Shown here piece by piece: positions 49,118 through 61,207 of a stretch of 64,000 bases of DNA. Location: the NCBI RefSeq assembly GCF_004010195.1, contig NC_057737.1:24279707-24343706 (forward strand), read 5' to 3'. The notes under the pieces were generated by a model. That model was not told the DNA's origin, made no database searches, and saw nothing but the letters and a program-made list of their open reading frames with translations. Numbering within the stretch: position 1 is the first letter of the stretch; each line of letters starts with the position of its first letter. A program made the translations under genes and the position numbers. Source of the stretch: Chiloscyllium plagiosum (lineage: Eukaryota).

Positions 49118-50587
49118 CACAATTTAGACTAATTCTCAACATTTAGATTATCATATTACAGGAGACAGATTTCAGTTACATTGATAATTTTTTCTGCTAT
49201 ATTTCTTCATCAAAGGACAGGATCTATTAATTAAGAAGAGGTGGATCTAAGTAAGAAATCATCTTTGTCAGGTGAAGTAAGATGACTTCATCTTATGAAG
49301 CAGCATTGTTCCAAATGCCTGTGATTTCAAATAAATTTGTTGAACTACAATGTGGTGTTGGATAACGTCTGACTTTGTCCACCCCAGTCCAACTCTGACA
49401 CCTCCACATGCAGATTAATAGGCATAAGTTTGACTAAATAAATAGTTCAGATTTAATATTCTTTTGATTACATTCTACAGATTGTAAATTTAGAAAACAT
49501 TTTTAAAAATAGCTCACAGATTGATCTCAAAACTAGTGGTTCACATTTTAGTCCTGTAAGAAATATATGAATGTTGTGCACAACAAAATTATTTCACATT
49601 AAAGTAAAAAAATGACTATTTTCTGTAAAATTATGTCATTACTCTCAGCTCTATTTTACTATTTTAAAACCAAACAAATAATACAAAGGCAGTCAAGAAA
49701 GTGTAGGTGGTTATTGATATGTTACAAATATATACGTATATATCAGTTAAAAAATTGATATATTATAAATATATTACAGCTTTTGAGGCTGTGTACATTC
49801 AAGATGAAATTATATTTTCATTTGTATCCTACACCACTCACTCAAGATTTCTGTATAGCTATTTGAAACATGCTATTTCTATGTATAAAATTAAGTAACA
49901 CTCAGCAAACATTTATATAAAATGAAGACGTTTAGTAAACAAATTTCGCACTTTGCGTGAGTAATCAAATCATTCATTATTATCAGCATACTTTTGATGG
50001 GCTACTGTCTCACTTCCCAGTTCATTAATCTGACATGCTTATGTTTAAATTGATACATTTGAAAGGCCAGCTGAGCAACTGACAATTACGGGCATTTGTG
50101 TATAATTTACCGAGTTTTCAGCATCAAAACCAGCATGGAATTATTTAGAATGATTAGAATGAATCCTTTTGGGAGTGGTAACAATAATTGCAAAAATTAA
50201 ACAACAAACACTGCAAGAGTTAAACATTGCCCGATAGTCTAACACTTGCCCAATGTAGTTTGAAGTGAGGTACTGTAAGATTATGGTATTTAATTTTGTC
50301 ACATATTTAACTGCATTTGTTTAAAATGTTTAGAAAAGAAAGCATTAAAAATTTTGTATCATTTTCATTTTTTTAATAAAACTTGTAACATCATTATATT
50401 AAAAACACCACCTTTCAAAATATTAGAGATAAATTTTAAAAATATATTTACAATTAAGCCCATCAGGTTATCCAGAATTACACTGAACTGAATGGGACTA
50501 TTTACATTCGAAGGAGCTAAAGGTCCCTTTTCAGCTCTTCCTTCAGAAATTAAGCACTAGTTTTGGGGAGGAAACACCACTTCAATT

Positions 50588-50965
50588 TTACTTCTCCTTT
50601 TCCTTCTTCCCTTCCCAGCTAGATTTCAGAAAGTCACTTCTTAGTAGTCGATAGAAAAGCACAATATTCATTAAAGTCATGATGGCCATTCCTACACTCC
50701 CGATGCTGTAATTTATTAAAGGGATGTTGTCACGGTTTAGGACCAGCCAGCGTGTCATCCAGGCCAGCGTGCTAATACGGAAGATAACATAGGTTCCCAG
50801 ATTGATGATGCTGTTAATGCGGAAGCAAGTGGTTTTGTTCATGTTGGCCATCAGAAGAATTTGCCTCAGGTGCAGGAAGATGGAGTTGATTTCAACCAGT
50901 AAAGCTACGACAGCAAACCCAACGTAGCTGAAGAGGCTCACAGAAATTCCAAAACAAGTGATTAC
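50588..50965 (-). CDS. TLCD2: Last coding exon of TLC domain-containing protein 2 (TLCD2-like), 125 aa VITCFGISV...KKEKEK*
   Basis: Multi-TM TLC-domain C-terminus (YVGFAVVALLVEINSIFLHLR, FRI..LAWMTRWL, RLLRSDF); acceptor ttgtttatttccctag, phase 0. Upstream exons were not found and probably lie beyond 64000. Paralog assignment is from memory. Confidence 0.85.
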   Translation of the reverse strand, partial: VITCFGISVSLFSYVGFAVVALLVEINSIFLHLRQILLMANMNKTTCFRINSIINLGTYVIFRISTLAWMTRWLVLNRDNIPLINYSIGSVGMAIMTLMNIVLFYRLLRSDFLKSSWEGKKEKEK

Positions 50966-51689
50966 CTAGGGAAATAAACAACATTTCGGTATTTTGGACT
51001 TCACAGAGATCAGAATCCCTTAAAGACTTCAGGAAATCCAATAGCATAGACAATTCAACTAATAGGTTTTGTGGCCAATCATACAATCATTTAGCCTTTC
51101 CATTTTTTTGCTGCTTTATCCGTGAGAAAGATTAGATAAGCACCAATTCTGTAGTTGAGAATGGTAAGTAAATGGAAGGCCTTGAGATGAAGAAATTATT
51201 TAAAATTATTAATCACTTAAATTATTTTCTTACAGAAGAGGCACTGAAATAATCCATGAATGCAGGTCAGCTGGATGAAATTAGATGTCAGAAATTAAAA
51301 ATTTACACCAGAACAGCTATTAGGAAGGAATTCTTGAAACAGTTGATCAGACTGATTAATAGGTTAAAATCAGTGATGTACAAAAAAGGCCAAAGGTTAC
51401 AGTGGGAAAGCTATGAGAGAAACAAACTTGATGAGGATTGACAATTTTATGAGAGTTATTTAAGGCCATAACAAGCAGAGTGGAAGAAGGAGAACAAGTT
51501 GATATATTGTATTCTGAATTTCCAAAAAGCATTCAGTAAGGTCCCACATAAACAGTTACTATACAAGTATAACAGCTCATGGTATTGGAGATATTAGCCA
51601 GTGATATTAGCCTGGATAAAGATCAGCTAGTTAACATGAAACAGAAAGTCAGAATAATTGGGTAATTTTCAGTTAGGCACATTGTAGCC

Positions 51690-52092
51690 ATCACAAGCAT
51701 CCACCCTCTTCACCACGGACGCTCAGTAGCAGCAATGTGTACTATCTACAAGATGCACCTGCAGAAAATTCACCAAAGCTCATTAGATAGCACTTTTCAA
51801 ACCCATGACCACCTCCATCTAGATGGACAATGGCAGCATATACATGGGAACACCATTGCCTGCAAGTTCCCCTCCAAGCAACTCACCATCCTGATTTGGA
51901 AATACATTGCCATTTCTTCACTGTCACTGGGTCAAAATCCTGGAATTCTCTCCCTAAGGGCATGTGGGTCAACCTACAGCATGTGGAATACAGCAGTTCA
52001 AGAAGGCAACTCACCACCACATGCTCAAGGACAACTTGGGACGGGCAATAAAAGCTGGCCAGCCAGCAATGCACACAAATTAATGAAAAAAA
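51690..52092 (+). mobile_element. LINE 3' fragment; non-hypermutated reference copy of the 46880-47434 family
   Basis: Collinear with 47030-47434 but retains A at the mutated positions. Confidence 0.85.
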
Positions 52093-52556
52093 AGGGTGTC
52101 ACAGGGATCAATGCAGGGACCTCAACCACTTCCAAACTATATAAATGTTTGGATGAAGAAAGTGCATTGTAGCCAAATGTGTTTATGATACAAAGGTAAA
52201 ATAGGAAACCAAGTTCTGTGGAGGATGCAGAGTCTGCAAAGGGACGTAGTTTAATTGACAAAAGAAATTAGATGGAGTATAATGTGGGAAAATGTGAGGT
52301 GGTCCATTTTGGTAGGAAAATTAGAGAAGCAGAATATTATTGATTTTTTTATTTGTTCACAGCATATGGGCACTGATGGCTAAGTCAGCTTTTAATGCCC
52401 ATCTCTAATTACCCTTGAGAAGATGGAAGTGAGCCATCTTCTTGAACCACTGCATTCAATGAAAGGTTGATATACTCACATTGCTGTTAGGAAGGGAAGT
52501 TCAGGGTTTCGGTTCAGCAACAGTGAAAAAAATGACAATATGGTATCAGATGGCAG

Positions 52557-53430
52557 AGAGAGTCATGGAGATGTACAGCACAGAAACAGATCGTTCAGTC
52601 CAACTCATCCACGCCAACCAGATATCCTAACCTAATATAGTCCCATTTGCCAGCATTTGGCCCATATCCCTCTAAACCCTTCCTATTCATAGACCCATCC
52701 AGATGCCTCTTAAATGTTGCAATTGTACCAGCTTCCACCACTTCCTCTGGCAGCTCATTCCATACACGTACCACCCTCTGCGTGAAAAAGTTGCCCCTTA
52801 GGTCTCTTTTATATCTTTCCCTTCTCATCCTTATCCTATGCCCTCTCGTTCTGGACTCCCCCACCCCAGGGAAAAGACTTTGTCTACTTACCCTATCCAT
52901 GTCCCTCATGATTTTTATAAACCTCTATAAGGTCACCCCTCAGCCTCCGATGCTCCAGGGAAAAGAACCACAGCCTATTCAGCCTCTCCCTGTAGCTCAA
53001 ATCCTCCAATCCTAGCAACATCCTTGTAAATCTTTTCTGAATCCTTTCAAGTCTCACAACATCCTTCCGATAGGAAGGAGACCAGAGTTCCACACAATAT
53101 TCCAAAAGCGGGGTGGGAGAGACCAGAACGAGAGGGCATAGGTTTAGAGTGAAGAGGGGGAAAAATTTAAACGGGACCTAAGGGGAAATTTTTTTCATGC
53201 AGAGGGTGGTGCATGTATGGAATGGGCTGCCAGAGGATGTGGTGCAGGCTGGTACAATTATAATTCTGTACAGTTGCAACATGACCTCCCAAATCCTATA
53301 TTCAATGGTGGGACCAATAAAGGAATGCATACCAAATGCCATCTTCACTATCCTATCTAACTGCAATTCCACTTTCAAGGAGCTATGAACCCGCACTCCA
53401 AGGTCTCTTTGTTCAGCAACACTCCACAGG
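52557..53430 (-). mobile_element. CR1/HER1 LINE 3' part with a forward fragment at about 53109-53261
   Basis: EYCVELWSPSYRKDVVRLERIQKRFTRML...RRLRGDLIEVYK; inverse of 48410-49115. Confidence 0.92.
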
Positions 53431-54795
53431 AGATCGAGACTCTCCAGAATTTTGTGGTTTAGAGGGATCTGAATGTCTTTGCACAGGAATCACAAGAAGT
53501 TAACACACTTGCCAGTAATTAGGAACACAAATAAAATATCGGCCTTTATTATATGAGGAGTTCAACACAAAAGCAGGGAAATCTTTTTAGACCTGTACAA
53601 GCAATGTGTGGGAGTACTGCTTACAGTTCAGGTCTCCAAATTGAAAGGGGGATATACTTACATTGCTGACAATTTAGAAAAGGTTCATGAGATTGATTCA
53701 TGACATTAACGGATTGTTTTAAAGTTGAGCAGATCCAGAGGGAGCTTTCTCTCATGGGGAATCTAGAATGATGAGCAGAGCTTCATAATAAGGGGTCTCC
53801 CAATTTAGATTTGAATGAGGAATTTCTTCTCTTCGTGAATTGCTTGTGTTTGGAATTCTCTTCCACAGAGTGCAGTGGAGTGGCGTCATTGAACATATTC
53901 AAAGATGAATGAAATTTTTGACTTAGAGGGGAATTGAACCAAATAGGGAATAGATAGTTACGTGGAATTAAAGCCATTATTGGATAAGCCATGGTCTTAC
54001 TGAATTAGGGGGAAGGCTCAAAGGATCAAATGGGCCACCTCTGCCCCTATTTTTATGTACTTTTGACTTTTCATATATTAGTAAATTAACAAAATAACTT
54101 GAAGGGAAGAATGAAAGCAACAATGCTGGAGAAACAAGTAAAATCTACAATGCTGGAGATAAAATAAAATGGACAATGCTGAAATAAAACAGTAAATGCT
54201 AGAAAGATGCAGTTATTAACTTCAAAAGAATGCAGTCCAACATTTGAATAAAAATCTTCACCCCAAATTTTAAACATTTTTTTCATATTTCCATTTGTTC
54301 CATTACTTACCTGGTTAGACTCTGCTTGGAATACTGTGAACAGACGTGGGCACCATACCTTAGGAACATATACTGGCCTTGGAGCAAGTACAATGTCAAC
54401 TTAGAAGAATGATGCCAGATGTTAGATATTATGATGAAAAATTATACAAATTAGGCCTGTTGAAGGTTGACAGGTAACCTGATTGAAGTTTGTAAGATAT
54501 TAACAAAAGACAAGGCAGATAAAAATAAACTATTTCCACTGGTTGGGGAATTCTAGAACTAGAGGACATAGTTTGAGACTTAAATCCAAACCATTCAGGA
54601 GAGATGTTAGGAAGCATTTCTACACACAAAGAGGCTAGATGTTTGGAATTATCTTCCACAAATGGCAATGGATGGTGGTTCAGTTGTTAATTTTGAATCT
54701 GATGCATATAAATCTTTGTTAAGCAAACACATTCAGGGATATGGGCCAAAGACAGGTATATGGAGTTAAGCCATTGGTCAGCCAGAATCTTTTTT

Positions 54796-55101
54796 TTTAG
54801 ATTACAGTGTGGAAACAGGCCCTTCGGCCCAACAAGTCCACACCGACCCGCCGAAGCGAAACCCACCCATACCCCTACATTTACCCCTTACCTTACACTA
54901 CAGGCAATTTAGCATGGCCAATTCACCTGACCCTGCACATCTTTGGATGGTGGGAGGAAACCAGAGCACACGGAGGAAACCCACGCAGACACGAGGAGAA
55001 CGTGCAAACTCCACACAGTCGGGCGCCTGGGGCGGGAATTGAACCCAGGTCTCTGGCGCTGTGCAGCAGCAGTGCTAACCACTGTGCCACCGTGCCGCCC
55101 C
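54796..55101 (-). mobile_element. Young full-length HE1-type SINE
   Basis: Minus strand starts GGGCGGCACGGTGGCACAGTGGTTAGC (A box) and has GGTTCAATTCC (B box); CpGs retained; short A tail. Confidence 0.93.
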
Positions 55102-58100
55102 ATTGAATGCTGGAACAAACTTGAGGGGCTGAATGGCCTACACTTGTTCCAATGCTTTTCTAACTCCGATTCTGTTTTTTTCAATATAATTTGCATCATA
55201 TTTATTCCCTCGTGCAGTCTAGTCACCCATATGTTGTAAAATAAAGCCATTCATGTAGAACAGGCTCAGCTGTTGAATGCTAGTTGTGCAGCAATCAAGC
55301 TTAAGTATTCAATTAATTACAGTATTGCATTGGATTTCACAGCACTTGCTGTGGATTAGACTCTAACCTTAAAATAATCCACAATCTTTCCTTGCAGCAG
55401 CTGTGCAATACAATTAATTGCTAGTTTTCATCAAGAGTGTGTTTTGCATGAGAAATAAAACTAGTAATTTTAAACAGCAGCACTGCACTGTGATACAGCA
55501 GCGATGTTTTGAAAAATGAATTAACAAGCATCATGTTATTAATAAGAAAGTAACAGCTGACTCTTGACATTAAGCAGTTCATCTTCATCATAAAGAGGCT
55601 CAAGTAAGTAAATCTCAGCCACTTCAAAAGGAATTCTACTTCAGTTTAAAACAAAATGATTATGAGAACAGGAAATTTTCTAGAATGTGTAAGTTAGAGC
55701 TGAAAGAATTGGTTTATTTATTCACTAAGGATGGAAGTTAGCAATAAGGGCATTCTTCAGATCAAATCTCATTTTACTACATACGCCCAGACCAGATGTC
55801 ATTGTTTGATGAGAGGGGGCGAGTACTGAATCAGGGAATAAATGAGGAAAGATTTGTCTGGTTCCACACCTCTGTGCGATGGTTCATCGGGGGAAGCAAA
55901 TGTCAGGGCAAATACAACTGGACAGGTCAGAACAGAAATCTTAAAAAAAACTATCCGATTCTTCTTCTAGTAATTTCCTTCCCTGTGTTTCAGAAATAAA
56001 CATTGCTAAAAAGAGACATGAGCAAAATTTTCATCTTGTATTCAAGGTACATAAGGTACTACTAGGGTTACTTAGAAAGTAAAAACTAATTAATGTATAC
56101 AGCTTGAGATAAAGTGCTGATCAGTTCAGTTATTGTCAGCATGGAGGTGGTGTAGGAACAATTAACTGGCTTAAGTAGCTGCTCAACCAGCATCTAATGA
56201 GGATACTGAGGTCCCCAAAGTGCACCTCACAATCTAGCATGTGAATAATATGGGATATCCACAACTTGGCAGATTTTCATATGCAATGCAAATGTCTCAT
56301 AATATTGCAGGAGTTCAAGGCCAACCACAATACATATAATTGCATTCCCCGGGACTGGAGTAGTCATACATGCAAATGCAACTATGTTAACAAATTCTAG
56401 ATATTATCTGTATCAACCTGTTCAGAGATGTTATAACACTTCTAGACCAGGTGGCACTTGAACCCAGGGTCTCTGACTCAGAGGTAGGGTCACTAACTAC
56501 TGTGCCACATGAATTATAGATATTTTTTGTGATACTCTTTGTCTCCAAAGAGGATAGATCAGAGGCTGTTCACTCTAAAGTCTAGAAACTGACTATGTTG
56601 CTTGTTGCATGCCTGTGTTATTTGAAGATTGAACCAAGGGCAATATGTATAAGGTCTAGCTGCACTGGATGGGTGCTAAAGGGCTGAGTTCTGCTCCAGA
56701 AACTTTGGCACATACACAAATTATACCAGAAAATGTTAAGATAAGTATGGGCCCATGAAGAATGTAACTGATTGTTCAGCAATTAAGGTATTTCCCTGAA
56801 AATGACTGAATTGCAAAGCACGCAGGAATAATTACATCTTGTAATTCAACACCTTTTCATTTGTTGTTTTGCTTTACTTAAATAACCTTTACAGAATCTG
56901 AAGTTGAGTACACAGTGACCTCAACAATAACATCCTAAATATTCCATCGTACTTTTCATGATGTAGAGCAAAGAGTAATAAGTGAAGATGGATCATAACA
57001 CAAAGCACAGTCAAACAAAACTTACATGAGGTTCAATCTGATGTAAACAGTAGTCACTCTAAGGGCAGAATTTTCCCTTCCCTGTGTGATGTAAACAATG
57101 GTGAAAAAGATGGAGAAATACCGAGAGACTGAAAAGAATTTAGAATCTTAACATTGAGGAAAATATTAATGATTGTCCCCTTGAGCCTTAAATGGCAACT
57201 TCCAAATGACAGTGACTAACTTACTTCCATGTATTTACATACCTCTACTCACCTTACTTGTACACCACTTCCAATTCTCCTCTCTTTCTCATTGTGTCAA
57301 TCAAAGCAGGTACCTGGCAACTACAGCTCACTGAATACTTGTCCTTGCAATCATTTAACTGCTTCTTCAGGGCAATATGCTCCATGGTGACCAACTTCCT
57401 TAATGCTTCAATAACTCAAGTCAGCACCAGTAAACCACCAGCCTCAGCACATCGTCAATCTGACTGTTAGACCAACTCACACATCACTTCCACCTTGAAC
57501 ACTTTATTCTGGTGCTCAGGGACAGCTATAACTTGCATGCTTCTACCAAGTTGCTTTGCACGCAGGGTTATGTGCATATCTTATGCATCTGATCAGGGTC
57601 CTTTGTACTATTCTTAGCTTGCTTTCTTCATGGTCACTCTGTTTGTACTTACTTAAATGTTGCCAGCCTTTATTTACTTCATGCTGCTTTTTTAGCTGTC
57701 ACTCACTGATTTCTGTGCTAACTGATGGGGTCCTAGTCTCTGTGTAGCTCACATTGCTTTCTTCGAGCACAGGGTCTTCAGTTTTCAGTGACAGGCTACC
57801 AGCCTCTGTGTGTTGCATTGCTTTACAGGCTGGCAGTCTGTAACGGGGAGCATTGAATAGTCTGGGAGGAAGACATGTTGCTGTGTGGCACCATGTTATG
57901 TTAATGTCACACCCTGCAGCATGTGCCAGCACTTACATAGCAAACACATTACATTTGCTTCAAACAAATGGCCATATGTGAACGTCAAAAGGAAGTGATT
58001 CTTAATGGGTGAAAAGCGACAATGGTCAGGTATGAGATATCACCAGAGTCAGTCAAGAAGTGTGTCTGATACCAGTCTGGTGAATGGGATGGTTTTTCCT

Positions 58101-58389
58101 GAATTTAAACAAAGTGAAGGATTGAGTATTGTGTAAGGAGATGAAAAAGCTTTAGTGGTGATTCCAGAGCAGGAGTGGTGATGAGATATCCTCACTGAGT
58201 GAATGGGAAGTGCAGAGAGCAGAGAAGAGTTAGTCATGTAGGAGGATGATGTGGACGAGGGCTATTGAGTGGACATGATGCATGCTGTAGTGAGAGGTGT
58301 AGTCCATGAGCCTTGATGAGATGTGTGTGCAGTGGCAAAGTTAAGATGAGCGGTGGCGCTGTGAGTGTGCAATATAGCAGAGACAAGAT

Positions 58390-58680
58390 GGTGGCACTTA
58401 GCCTTGCAGAGTGCAGAAAATCACTGGCCTTTCTTCTGCACTGCTGGATGTCCTGCTTCACCCAGGACACAGCATTGACCTGGCTTGGTCTGGTAGCAAG
58501 GCCATATGTGGCTGTCTGCAGGAAATAGGTCCAGCTTCCTCTCTCCCACCAATGCCCCCTGTCCATAAAGCTGGGAGAGAGTTCTCCTTTATTCTGGGCC
58601 AGGTCCTTGAACAGCAGAATATGTGGGCCAGTTTTCAGCTTGCAGCATTTGAAGTGATGTGCAGTTGGTCCTTAAATAGG
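58390..58680 (-). mobile_element. Possible Harbinger-associated Myb/SANT-like ORF remnant
   Basis: QVNAVSWVKQDIQQCRRKASDFLHSAR resembles the MSANTD-type VNA...RT..QCRKKWxDL helix. Confidence 0.4.
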
Positions 58681-59092
58681 AACGTTGGAAGGTCACAGCA
58701 GTGGTGAGCAAGTCTGGCTCTTCTGCCACGCAATTCCTCAAGAAAGGCACCCAAGAGCCTCGCTGTATTATTAATGAGGCAGAAGACGTCTATGAGAAAT
58801 ATTACTCCTCAGCATGGTGGACCAACACCATGAATCTCACTCAACAAAATACTTCAACTGAAAACTGGAAAATTCCATCCAATGTTTTTGATTATTGATT
58901 AGAAATATTGGACCTATGATGATTAACTAAACCAAATACCAGGGGACAGAACATTGTAATATTGCAATTTCCTCAAGTCATTCACCAACACCAATGTGAA
59001 TTTTGCAATGTTTTTGATTGATACCTCATTTGACAAATGTGCTGAAGTATTAATACAATCTATTTCATCAAATTGTACAAACTGTACAATTG

Positions 59093-59300
59093 AGCTGAAA
59101 ATGTGTTGCTGGAAAAGCACAGCAGGTCAGGCAGCATCCAAGGAGCAGGGGAATCGACGTTTCGAGCTTGAGCCCTTCTTCAGGAATCATGCCCGAAAAA
59201 CGATTCTCCTGCTCCTTGGATGCTGCCTGACCTGCTGCGCTTTTCCAGCAACACATTTTCAGCTCTGATCTCCAGCATCTGCAGTCCTCATTTTCTCCTC
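59093..59300. mobile_element. Miniature palindromic PLE-derived element (family B)
   Basis: 15-bp TSD caaactgtacaattg at 59078-59092 and 59301-59315; about 65-bp inverted arms. Confidence 0.92.
59152..59187 (-). ncRNA. Minimal hammerhead ribozyme (family B), core intact, GUC triplet
   Basis: Minus strand reads ATTC-CTGAAGA-A-GGGC-TCAA-GCTC-GAAA-CGTC-GATT. Confidence 0.72.
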
Positions 59301-59578
59301 CAAACTGTACAATTGCCAATCTGCAAGTCCTTTCAAATATATGAAGAAGTGTTCTGTTCCACCTAAGCTCTAATTGAATTTTGCAATACCAACTTCAACT
59401 AAACTGTAATCTTGCCCTGAGAAAAACAATGTTATATTTGAAAACATGAGAATTCAAAATGGCAAAAGGCAGTTCTGAATACTGTTGTGGCTTTACAACA
59501 TATCCATCTAACAGCGAAGCTAGGAACTAATAGGGATGTACAATGTCACAATGTAATCCGCTGCCCAACTGTTTGTTT

Positions 59579-59605
59579 GCATCTGCAGTCCTCACTTTCT
59601 CCTCC
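59579..59605 (+). mobile_element. 27-bp PLE 3'-terminal micro-insertion
   Basis: 10-bp TSD ctgtttgttt at 59569-59578 and 59606-59615. Confidence 0.7.
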
Positions 59606-59737
59606 CTGTTTGTTTAATAAGACCAGTTCATTTATTTGGTTAATTTACTCCCATTTTCTTGTATTAAGAAAAATTGTAGAGTTAAATTAAATCCACAGTT
59701 AGAATGCTGACACATACACGGGCAGCTAGGCACGTGC

Positions 59738-59926
59738 ATAGTTGGAACTGATAGTAACCTCTGAGTCCTTATCAGCAACCTGAAGGCTTAATGATCTCTG
59801 CAGCTGAAACTTTATTGCTGGAACAGCACAGCAGGTCAGGCAGCATCTAGGGAACAGGTGGATAGTTGGAACTGATAGTAACCTCTGAGTCCTTATCAGC
59901 AACCTGAAGGCTTAATGATCTCTGCA
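59738..59926. repeat. 65-bp direct duplication flanking a roughly 55-bp PLE terminal fragment
   Basis: 59738-59802 equals 59862-59926; the insert matches the inverse of about 11949-11987. Confidence 0.92.
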
Positions 59927-60885
59927 CCATTCTGAGCTACTCAACAACTTACTGATGCCTCACAAGGCTACAAGATTAATAACAACAATAACATGCAGGT
60001 TCTGGAGGAGAGATAAGGGCAGCATCTGAAAAGTAGGGGTGATAAATAAGATCAGAGTTACCAGACAACCTGCTTCCTAGGATTTTTGATTAAGTCAAAT
60101 GTCAGAAATGTCATGTTGGAATTCAAGAAATGTACTACGACATTTTTCTCAATGTTTCAGATCCTTTCTGTACCTGAGATTGCTGAGATTATTTTGTACA
60201 ATAATCTACTACACCATTATTATGATCAATAGCATGCTTGAAATTTGAAAACCTGCCAATTCTAACTATGGTATGTTTCAAACAAGAGTCTTTAACAGCT
60301 CAGGAGAGGAAACAGCTAATGCATAAAATACACTGAATATGTATACAGTTCCTCAAACACCTGCACAATAAAAATATTTACTGAAGTATTATTCTGTTTC
60401 ATGTGCCATTACTTTATCAAGTAACTGATAAAAATTCAGGTTTAATCTCACTATAGTGTTTTTTAAACAAGGACTAGTTTATGTTCTGCAATAAAAATTT
60501 AATTTCCTTTTACTTATATAACCTCTCCACCCTTTTCTAAAAGAAGTGCATTAAATAATAAACTGTCCCTCCTGATTCTAGTGCTTTCAAATTTGCCAAA
60601 CTCTGAAACTATAATCTGGAAAATGAATATTTATGGTGAAAAATGGATAACTAACAGTGTCACCATTTGACCTACGTCTCTGAGATTGAAGAGTGTGGGA
60701 CAGAAGCCAAGATTTAATCCAGCAGTATTATAAAATCAGTAAAGTTAGATGTTAGAAGTCTTGAAAGACTGAAAGAGGATTTCCAGAGTATTGAGGTACT
60801 AGAAAGAAGGATGGACTGCACAAGGAGACAATCAAATAAACTAAATAATTCTGCCCCTGGCTTTCCTCACTGTTTTAAAAAAATG

Positions 60886-61207
60886 GGTGGCATGGTGGCT
60901 CAGTGGTTAGCACTGCTGCCTCACAGTGCCAGGGACACATTTTCAATTCCTGCCTCGGGCTACTGTCTGTGTGGAATTTGCACAATCTCTCTGTGTGGAG
61001 TTTGTACATTCTCCCTGTGTCTGCATGGGTTTCCTCCCACAATCCAAAAATGTGCAGGCCAGGTGAATTGGCCATGCTAAATTGCCTGTAGTATTAGGTG
61101 CATTAGTCAGGGGTAAATGTAGGGGAATGGGTCTGGGTGGGTTACTCATCGGAGGGTCGGTGTGGACTTGGTGGGCCACATGGCCAAAAGGGAATCTAAT
61201 CTAATCA
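60886..61207 (+). mobile_element. Full-length HE1-type SINE
   Basis: tRNA-like head TGGCTCAGTGGTTAGC, decayed B box, (TCTAA)n tail. Confidence 0.9.

Larger units (their letters stand above)
51280..54060 (+). mobile_element. Old CR1 RT fragmented by later insertions
   Basis: Remnants FQKAFSKVPH and MEYNVGKCEVVHFGRK, plus 3' end similarity at 53790-54055. Confidence 0.65.

Noticed and set aside
41288-50587. Additional calpain exons (PEF or C2)
   Set aside because: No EF-hand or C2 motifs with splice sites were recognised; small exons cannot be fully excluded by eye.
53109-53261. Twin-priming inversion in the CR1
   Set aside because: The forward piece duplicates a region already present (about 52720-52866) and differs noticeably from it, so a separate fragment is more likely.
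54796-61207. tRNA genes at the SINE heads (about 55030-55100 and 60886-60960)
   Set aside because: The A/B boxes continue into SINE bodies present in several decayed copies; no complete cloverleaf is supported.
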